From assembly GCA_964465435.1 (NCBI GenBank), contig CAYXKO010000001.1:1-31200 (forward strand): 31,200 bases of DNA, written 5' to 3'. The position numbers and the translations under genes are program-made. Under the pieces are notes generated by a model. That model was not told where the DNA came from. It ran no database searches and worked only from the letters and a program-made list of their open reading frames with translations. The stretch is from an uncultured Saprospiraceae bacterium (GTDB lineage Bacteria > Bacteroidota > Bacteroidia > Chitinophagales > Saprospiraceae). This document shows, one piece after another, positions 17,566 to 23,866 of this stretch; the stretch's first letter is position 1, and each line of letters starts with the position of its first letter.

Positions 17566-18309
17566 TTGGTAGAGTTCCATTATCAAAAGGAGGGCCTGTC
17601 CCTGGATGAGCACAGGATCGCGGACTGGATCCGCAAGGTTGCGGAGGATCACGGAAGGAAGCTGGGCATGTACAGTATGGTCTTTTGTGACAGGGATTTC
17701 CTCATGGATTATAACCGGAAATACCTTGGACACGATTACCACACAGACATCATTACATTTCCCCTTCAGGAGGATCCTATTTCTGCGGAGGTCTATATCA
17801 GCTTAGACAGGGTATATGAGCAAGCTGACGAGCTGGGCGAATCCCGGGACCGGGAATTGCTGCGCGTGATCATCCATGGCTTGCTGCACATGGTGGGTTA
17901 CGGAGATAAGACCGAAGAGGAGGTCCAAAGGATGCGCGAGGCTGAATCCCTGGCCCTGGACCAATACAGACAATCGGGAAGGCCACCCACCCACTTCTAC
18001 GAGCAGGTCTATGATTTGGTCAGGATGATTCCGCAAGGTCGTGTAAGCACTTACGGTGCAATCGCCGCTTTTCTCGGTCTTGGTTCTGCCAGGATGGTGG
18101 GTTGGGCGCTTAATCAGCTCAAAGGCAGGAGAGGAGACATTCCTGCCCACCGGGTGATCAATGCCCGGGGGGTGCTCAGCGGCAAAAGCTTTTTTGAACC
18201 CGGGGAAATGGAATCCAGCCTTCAGGCAGAAGGGATCCTCGTGGTCAATGACCAGGTCCAGGATTTTGACAAATTGTTTTGGGATCCCTCGCTGGAACTC
18301 GATTTATGA
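17566..18309 (+). CDS. ybeY: rRNA maturation RNase YbeY fused to an alkyltransferase-like (ATL/MGMT-family) domain
   Basis: aa 1-135: YbeY motifs N.KYLGHDYHTDIITF, EVYISLD, RVIIHGLLHMVGYGDK. aa 143-247: FYEQVYDLVRMIPQGRVSTYGAIA, ARMVGWAL, IPAHRVINARG. One frame, no stop between them. Confidence 0.9.
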   Translation: MVEFHYQKEGLSLDEHRIADWIRKVAEDHGRKLGMYSMVFCDRDFLMDYNRKYLGHDYHTDIITFPLQEDPISAEVYISLDRVYEQADELGESRDRELLRVIIHGLLHMVGYGDKTEEEVQRMREAESLALDQYRQSGRPPTHFYEQVYDLVRMIPQGRVSTYGAIAAFLGLGSARMVGWALNQLKGRRGDIPAHRVINARGVLSGKSFFEPGEMESSLQAEGILVVNDQVQDFDKLFWDPSLELDL

Positions 18310-18374
18310 CAAATCAATTTTATGCGCTGAACCCAGGGATTATTCATTTGTTTATCTGGCTTAAATTACGATTT

Positions 18375-18809
18375 ATGCAAATTTCAAAATTCCTGATCCT
18401 CTTGTTCTTTTTTGCTTCATGGGTTTCATTAAGTGCTCAGAACAATTCAGTGCTGGGCGTCTGGAGAACCATCGATGATGCCACCGGCCAGCCCAAGTCC
18501 CACGTCGAACTGTATATGAAATCCGGGAAAATGTTTGGAAGGGTGGTGGAATTGTTGCCCGCGGCAACCACCCGGGTCTGCAATAATTGTCCCGGCGAAA
18601 AAAACGGGAAATCCCTGATTGGAATGGATGTACTCTGGAACATGGTCCCGGATGCTGAAGAATGGGAGGGCGGACAGATCGTAGATCCGAAAAATGGCAA
18701 GATCTACTCCTGCGTGCTTTCCACCGATGGTCCCGATAAACTGAGTGTCAGGGGTTATATAGGCATTTCTCTGCTGGGCAGAACCCAGACCTGGCATCGG
18801 GTAAAATAA
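18375..18809 (+). CDS. DUF2147 domain protein (secreted/periplasmic)
   Basis: Signal peptide MQISKFLILLFFFASWVSLSAQ; GVWRTIDD, GEKNGKSLIGMDVL, WEGGQIVDPKNGKIYSC, LSVRGYIGISLLGRTQTWHR are typical of DUF2147. Confidence 0.88.
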   Translation: MQISKFLILLFFFASWVSLSAQNNSVLGVWRTIDDATGQPKSHVELYMKSGKMFGRVVELLPAATTRVCNNCPGEKNGKSLIGMDVLWNMVPDAEEWEGGQIVDPKNGKIYSCVLSTDGPDKLSVRGYIGISLLGRTQTWHRVK

Positions 18810-18880
18810 TCCTGGCTTGCACAATAGGGGCACGGTGCGCTTCGTTTGAAGCTCATAACCACATAAATTGATTGCCGCCT

Positions 18881-19099
18881 ATGGTCGATACTTTTACACT
18901 TCACACGCTGGTGCGCCATACTTATTTTGAATGTGATCCCGAGGAAAACCAAATCCTCGAGGAGATGGCCGCTTCAGATCCTGAGCTTCGCGAAGAAATG
19001 CGCCAGTTGAGCAACGCCCGCAGAGCCTTGCCGAGGGTGACTTTTTACCCCAAAGACTGCACGATCAACAAGGTATTAAAATACAGCAGGTCTCGCTGA
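18881..19099 (+). CDS. Small hypothetical protein, anti-sigma-domain-like
   Basis: MVDTFTLHTLVRHTYFECDPEENQILEE...DPELREE...PKDCTINKVLKYSR; ATG 18881 preferred over TTG 18872. It fills the gap between convergent genes and resembles a small conserved Bacteroidota family I recall. Confidence 0.65.
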   Translation: MVDTFTLHTLVRHTYFECDPEENQILEEMAASDPELREEMRQLSNARRALPRVTFYPKDCTINKVLKYSRSR

Positions 19100-19160
19100 G
19101 TTTTCCAGCCTGGCGGGCTGCTGTCTGACCCCGGATCGAAAGCAGATGGACTCTTCCTCT

Positions 19161-19988
19161 TCAGGTCCTGATGTAAATCAGGTTTCCTGAATTGCTGATA
19201 AACGGATGACTTTGCGTACCCCTCCAAAGTTTGAAACCCGCCTTTGTCAAGATGGCGTGGCATCCATCAAAATTACCCTGATGAAATTCCAGGATTACGA
19301 GTTTTAATTTCTCATATCCGAGTGTGGATATTGCACCCTGCAAAATTTCAACCTCGGATCCTTCGGCATCTATCTTGACGGCTGCCGGCGGGGGCAGGTC
19401 GTTCAATTGATCCAATTTTCTGATTTCCACTTTTTTTGTTTTCCCGCCAGAGGAAATTCTGTTGTTGATTCCAAGTTGGGTGCTGAAATCCACTTGTCCC
19501 TCCCTGTTACCAAGAGCCACAGGAAGAAACATATGGTTTTTTTGCAAATGGTTGAGCTCGGCAATTCTTCTGCTTAGTTTTTGGGAATCCCCGTCAGGTT
19601 CAAATTGGACACAGTAAACGTTTTTGTGTGCCGCCAAATAGTGACTGTAAATCCCCGTGTTGGCGCCGATATCGTAAAATGCATCTCCGGGGTTGAGTTT
19701 TTCAGAGAGGAGTTCAAATTCAACTTTCTCGGTGATGCCATAGTACCAGGGATTTTTTGAGGACTGAAAGTTCCTGTGAGCGATCCACAGTAACCGGTCT
19801 GTCCATCTGAATATCTGTTCTTTTCGCAGGCAATTAATCCATAGGCCTTTCAGGATGTAAATGAAAAAGCCGGAATGGGAGGATCCGTACCGACGATAAA
19901 GCCTTAGTTTTTCACGGACACGATCAATAAGATGATTCAGTTTACTGAGCTTCAAATTCACTCCAGGCATTTGCAAAATCCTTTCCAA
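19161..19988 (-). CDS. FkbM family SAM-dependent methyltransferase
   Basis: FYDIGANTGIYS (SAM motif), FEPD, VALGNREG, RKLD, VKIDAEGSEVEILQGA, LEFH. The true start is probably near 19950-19965, overlapping the upstream stop. Confidence 0.88.
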   Translation of the reverse strand: MERILQMPGVNLKLSKLNHLIDRVREKLRLYRRYGSSHSGFFIYILKGLWINCLRKEQIFRWTDRLLWIAHRNFQSSKNPWYYGITEKVEFELLSEKLNPGDAFYDIGANTGIYSHYLAAHKNVYCVQFEPDGDSQKLSRRIAELNHLQKNHMFLPVALGNREGQVDFSTQLGINNRISSGGKTKKVEIRKLDQLNDLPPPAAVKIDAEGSEVEILQGAISTLGYEKLKLVILEFHQGNFDGCHAILTKAGFKLWRGTQSHPFISNSGNLIYIRT

Positions 19989-20958
19989 TGAGATTCTTTT
20001 TAAAACGGGAAGGACCGGATCGGATCCTGTCCATCAGTATGCATTGCCCGGGCGATAAATAGGATTCCGGAGGTCTGCCTTCGCCCAGTGCGGCATTCAC
20101 TCTGGCTGCCTGCAGTCTGGTCATGGGAAGAAACCTGTAGTTTGATTTGTACAGGTAATATTTCAACTCAGGATCCTCGCGAAAGGGTCCCTGTCTGCGG
20201 GTTTCGATGGCACCTATGGGAGATTTTTGGTGGATATCGCCGACAAAAAGCCGGTCAGCGTTACCGGACTCCATGCCTCTCCGGAGCAGCTGTTCCAGAC
20301 TGATGCGGTCCGGCCTGTATTCCACTTCGACCACTTCAGACCCTCCCATGAACCCGGCCCGCGTGGATATCACACCCTCGATCCGGCCATAGTGCTTTTC
20401 TCCGCTCCAAAAGCAATACATACCAATGTAGGCTTTTTTAGTTCCCCTTGCATCTGCCCCAAATTCCTCCTCGAGTATTTCCATCCATGCCGGTACCCTT
20501 TTGCCTGATTTGATCAGGGCGGCATTGATCCGGGACATGAGTCCGTGTTTGGTGTAATTGCCTGATATTCTTTCGGTCACAGCTTTTAAATCAGCGTCGA
20601 CGATCCGGATGACCGGGTTGTTCCAGGAAGGCTCTCCAAAAAGGTCCAGGACCCTTTTGTCCTCTCCGGGCTTATTGTTGTGGATGGCCAGCGGAACAAA
20701 ATATTCAGAAATGGCCTCTACTACCAAAGGATGAGACAAAACGTCCGAACCGTAAGTCCGGCAGGTCTGGCATCCCGGGATTTCCTGAAATAAGATCAGG
20801 ATCGGCTTCGAGCTCTTTCGGGCCGTTTGTCGCGCTTCTTCCAGAGACCTGAGCCAGCTGACCCGCCCAAGTTCGATGGGATTTCCCTGCCCGTAAAGGA
20901 AGCCTGGCATGAGAAGCAATGCCATGGCAAGTGGTAAAAAGATTAAATGCTTGATCAT
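19942..20958 (-). CDS. Secreted thioredoxin-like (CxxC) domain fused to a truncated MsrA-like domain
   Basis: Signal peptide; W...EEARQTARKSSKPILILFQEIPGCQTC thioredoxin-like domain; then GMYCFWSGE...GVISTRAGFMGG.EVVEVEYRPDRISLEQLL, matching MsrA (GCFW; T.VGY.GG; EVV.V.YDP..ISY..LL). Confidence 0.8.
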   Translation of the reverse strand: MIKHLIFLPLAMALLLMPGFLYGQGNPIELGRVSWLRSLEEARQTARKSSKPILILFQEIPGCQTCRTYGSDVLSHPLVVEAISEYFVPLAIHNNKPGEDKRVLDLFGEPSWNNPVIRIVDADLKAVTERISGNYTKHGLMSRINAALIKSGKRVPAWMEILEEEFGADARGTKKAYIGMYCFWSGEKHYGRIEGVISTRAGFMGGSEVVEVEYRPDRISLEQLLRRGMESGNADRLFVGDIHQKSPIGAIETRRQGPFREDPELKYYLYKSNYRFLPMTRLQAARVNAALGEGRPPESYLSPGQCILMDRIRSGPSRFKKNLIGKDFANAWSEFEAQ

Positions 20959-20977
20959 AATTCGGATTCCTTAAACC

Positions 20978-20985
20978 CAAATGTA
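20978..20985 (-). promoter_or_regulatory. -7 element TACATTTG for the Trx-MsrA gene
   Basis: Exact TAnnTTTG, 19 nt upstream of ATG 20958. Confidence 0.55.
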
Positions 20986-20986
20986 A

Positions 20987-21011
20987 GGAATTGGTTTTCT
21001 TTGCAGTTGTT
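20987..21011 (+). promoter_or_regulatory. Candidate ECF (SigR/SigH-like) autoregulatory promoter GGAAT-N17-GTT
   Basis: GGAAT at 20987-20991 and GTT at 21009-21011, 11 nt before the sigma ATG. The SigR consensus is GGAAT-N18-GTT, so the spacer here is 1 nt short. Confidence 0.35.
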
Positions 21012-21022
21012 AAGTAAGCGTC

Positions 21023-21604
21023 ATGACCCGCGAAGAAAAATTTGAAGTAGAGCTGCTCCCCCACCTGGAAGCCCTGCACACGTTTGCATTCCACATGACA
21101 GGTCGCGAAGAGGACGCCGAGGACCTGGTTCAGGATACCTACATGAAAGCATTTAAATTCATCGATAAATACGATCAGGGAACTAATGCCAAAGCCTGGT
21201 TGTTTAAAATCCTGAAGAATGTATATATCAACGAGTTCAGGAAGAAGAACCGTCGTCCCAAACAAGTTGATTATGAAGATTCGAGTGGTTTTCACGAAGG
21301 TGAGGATAGCACTCTGTCGAGTTATTATGACCTCCGCGAGGATGTTTTCGACAACATCATGGGGGATGAAGTCAGCGAAGCTTTACAATCGATTCCTGAA
21401 GAATTCAGGACCATTATTTTTTTATGTGACATCGAAGACTTCAGTTACGACGAGATATCCAAGATCCTGGAGATACCCGTGGGTACGGTAAGGAGCCGCT
21501 TGTTTCGTGCCAGGAATATGCTAAAGGAGAAACTCAAGGATTATGCCACCACGGTTGGCATCAGAGACAAGAGAGGACATACGGAGGAATCCGCAGTTGA
21601 ATAA
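21023..21604 (+). CDS. ECF sigma-70 factor, SigR/SigH (ECF12)-like
   Basis: LEALHTFAFHMTG..DAEDLVQDTYMKAF..YDQGTNAKAWLFKILKNVYINEFRKK (region 2); ALQSIPEEFR..LCDIEDFSYDEISKILEIPVGTVRSRLFRAR (region 4). Confidence 0.93.
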   Translation: MTREEKFEVELLPHLEALHTFAFHMTGREEDAEDLVQDTYMKAFKFIDKYDQGTNAKAWLFKILKNVYINEFRKKNRRPKQVDYEDSSGFHEGEDSTLSSYYDLREDVFDNIMGDEVSEALQSIPEEFRTIIFLCDIEDFSYDEISKILEIPVGTVRSRLFRARNMLKEKLKDYATTVGIRDKRGHTEESAVE

Positions 21605-21628
21605 AAAACTAACGTCAATAGAGGAAAT

Positions 21629-21859
21629 ATGGACAAGAATACATTTTCAGAATTCAGGAGGAAGATAAACTCCTATCTTGACCATGAGATGAGCCCCGAA
21701 GATCAAAACACCTTTCTGCAGCAGATCAAGGCCATGCCCGATGTTCAAAACGAGCTAAGGCACGAACGACTGATCCGCAGCAAGCTGCGTGAAAACCTCA
21801 GAAGACCAAACATGTCGCCTGATCTGGCCGACAGGATCAAAAACAATCTCCCCCGCTAA
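21629..21859 (+). CDS. Putative cytoplasmic anti-sigma factor (ZAS/RsrA-like fold, no Zn ligands)
   Basis: 24 nt after the sigma gene; INSYLDHEMSPEDQ..F..I..MP.V..EL..ERLIRSKLR...PDLADRIK parallels the RsrA/RshA pattern YLDGE..(HxxxCxxC)...LxxRI, but has no Cys and no TM segment. Confidence 0.7.
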   Translation: MDKNTFSEFRRKINSYLDHEMSPEDQNTFLQQIKAMPDVQNELRHERLIRSKLRENLRRPNMSPDLADRIKNNLPR

Positions 21860-21904
21860 AGAGCTGTTTGTACCTGCAGTCTGTGGCGTTTTAAACACAT
21901 TACG

Positions 21905-23383
21905 ATGCGATCAATTCTTGTTAAACCTTGGGCCTTGCTGCTTTTGCTTGCGGGGTCTTATCTTTTTTATTCCGGGTGTTCCCGAAATCCGGTGACCGGA
22001 AAGAAGGAATTGTCTCTGATGTCGGAGGCCCAGGAAAAATCCCTTGGACTCGAGTACGACCCCCAAATCAAGGCTGAATATGGGATGTATCCGGATTCAA
22101 GCTGGCAGCGTTACCTGCGCGAAAAGGGGGAGTCCATGGCAAAAATTTCACACAGGCCTAAGCTGCCGTTTCAATTCAGGGTGATAGATTCGGACGTGGT
22201 CAATGCTTTTGCCGTGCCGGGTGGATATATCTATTTTACCCGCGGTATTCTGGCTCACTTTAACAGCGAAGCCCAGCTCATGGGGGTACTGGGTCACGAG
22301 ATAGGACATGTTACTGCCCGTCATGCCAACGAGCAATACACCAAGCAAACGCTGGCGCAGATTGGTCTGATAGCCGGAATGGTCCTGGCTCCCAAGTTCA
22401 GACAATTCAGTGATCTGGCCAGTACCGGCGTGCAGCTCATGTTCCTGAAATTCAGCAGGGACAATGAGTCCCAGTCGGATCAGCTTGGCGTTGATTATGC
22501 AACCAAGGTAGGTTACGATGCTGCGCCCATGGCCGACTTTTTCAAAACGCTGGGCCGTATTTCAGATTCGCATGGGGCAAGGATCCCTTCCTTTTTGAGC
22601 ACCCATCCTGATCCGGGCGACAGATATAACAAGGTGAAATCCATGGCTGCAGCCAAGCAGAAGGAATTGCCCCAGGCCACCAAAATAGAAAGAGAAAGCT
22701 ATCTCAGGAGATTGGAAGGCCTTGTTTATGGCAAGGATCCAAGGCAGGGATTCAGGGAAGGAGAAGTTTTTTACCATCCCGAATTAAAGTTTCAATTCCC
22801 CACTCCCGCAGAAAGCTGGGCATATGAGAACACTCCATCCAAGGTGCAATTTTCCACCAAGGACCAAAAGGCCATTTTGGTATTGGCTCTGGCTCAGGAA
22901 AAGGATCTCAACTCTGCCGCTTCAGCCTTTATCAGCAGCCATAAATTGACTTCGGTGCGTCAGGAGCGAACCACCGTGAATAATCTGCAAGCGATCTATA
23001 CCTTGTCCGATCTGATTCCGGAACAGTCGGCAAACGAGCAGGACAAGGCAAACAATACCATGCGCGTGTCCAATATGTTCATACAGTACAATGGATTGAT
23101 CTACAATTTCACGGGCGTAGCGGCCCTGGGAGATTTCCCCTCATATGACGACGTTTTTCAGAAGGCCATGAGAGGATTTAGGGTGCTTTCTGATCCGGTC
23201 AAACTGGGTGCAAAACCGGAGAAAATTGCCATACAGAAGACCGGTAAGTCCATGAGTTTGAGAGAAGCGCTTACAGGATTCAAGCAGGATCCCAAAAGGT
23301 TTGAAGAACTGGCTGTCCTGAATGGCATGGAAATCAATGAGTCAATTCCATCAGGCACATTGATCAAGACTCTTTCAAGGTGA
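21905..23383 (+). CDS. M48 family Zn metalloprotease lipoprotein (BepA/YfgC-like) with C-terminal extension
   Basis: Lipobox-like YSGC; VNAFAVPGGYIYFTRG, LGHEIGHVTARH (HExxH), FSRDNESQSD, FLSTHP; C-terminal LysM-like ..ELAVLNGM.....PSGTLIK. Confidence 0.9.
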   Translation: MRSILVKPWALLLLLAGSYLFYSGCSRNPVTGKKELSLMSEAQEKSLGLEYDPQIKAEYGMYPDSSWQRYLREKGESMAKISHRPKLPFQFRVIDSDVVNAFAVPGGYIYFTRGILAHFNSEAQLMGVLGHEIGHVTARHANEQYTKQTLAQIGLIAGMVLAPKFRQFSDLASTGVQLMFLKFSRDNESQSDQLGVDYATKVGYDAAPMADFFKTLGRISDSHGARIPSFLSTHPDPGDRYNKVKSMAAAKQKELPQATKIERESYLRRLEGLVYGKDPRQGFREGEVFYHPELKFQFPTPAESWAYENTPSKVQFSTKDQKAILVLALAQEKDLNSAASAFISSHKLTSVRQERTTVNNLQAIYTLSDLIPEQSANEQDKANNTMRVSNMFIQYNGLIYNFTGVAALGDFPSYDDVFQKAMRGFRVLSDPVKLGAKPEKIAIQKTGKSMSLREALTGFKQDPKRFEELAVLNGMEINESIPSGTLIKTLSR

Positions 23384-23479
23384 TCCAAATAATCGAGTAA
23401 AACAGGATTTGGCGCCTGGCCTCAAAGAAAATTCTCTCAGCTTTTAATGAAAAATAATTCTGACCTGAAGTTGTGTCGA

Positions 23480-23866
23480 TCAGACCTCAAACTCTATTGT
23501 CACGGTGCGGCCCTGATCTGAAAAAATAACTTTCTTGCATAACTTCTGCATCAGGAATACACCCCTTCCTCCACAGCGTTCGATGTTTTCTGGCAGTGTA
23601 GGATCCGGAATGGATTCCGGATCGAATCCCCTTCCTTCATCCGAAATACGAAAGGTGATGCAACGGTTTTTGTGCTCTGTATTGATATGCACAAACTTGG
23701 AGGCATCTTCGCGGTTGCCGTGAGTGATCGCATTGTTGACAGCCTCTGTAAGAGCAATCAGTACATTATGGTAATGTTCGGAACTGATGTGGTACTCTTT
23801 GAACACCTGATCGAGGTATTGTTCGATCATGGCAATGTTATGCGGTACAGAGGCGATGCGAATCAT
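23480..23866 (-). CDS. RsbW-like anti-sigma/serine kinase (HATPase_c_2 ATP-binding protein)
   Basis: ALTEAVNNAITHGN (N box), ISDEGRGFDP (G1), GGRGVFLM (G2). ATG 23866 overlaps the upstream TGA (ATGA). Confidence 0.88.
   Translation of the reverse strand: MIRIASVPHNIAMIEQYLDQVFKEYHISSEHYHNVLIALTEAVNNAITHGNREDASKFVHINTEHKNRCITFRISDEGRGFDPESIPDPTLPENIERCGGRGVFLMQKLCKKVIFSDQGRTVTIEFEV

Noticed and set aside
18306-18374. Alternative DUF2147 start at ATG 18306 (ATGA overlap with the ybeY-ATL stop)
   Set aside because: It would add 23 residues ahead of a normal signal peptide; ATG 18375 gives the typical protein. Coupling cannot be fully excluded.
19106-19120. CAGCC-N5-GGCTG hairpin between convergent genes as an intrinsic terminator
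   Set aside because: The stem is only 5 bp and no U-tract follows it on either strand.
20755-20790. Selenocysteine recoding in the thioredoxin-like domain
   Set aside because: The codon at the Sec-equivalent position is TGC (Cys) and the ORF has no in-frame TGA.
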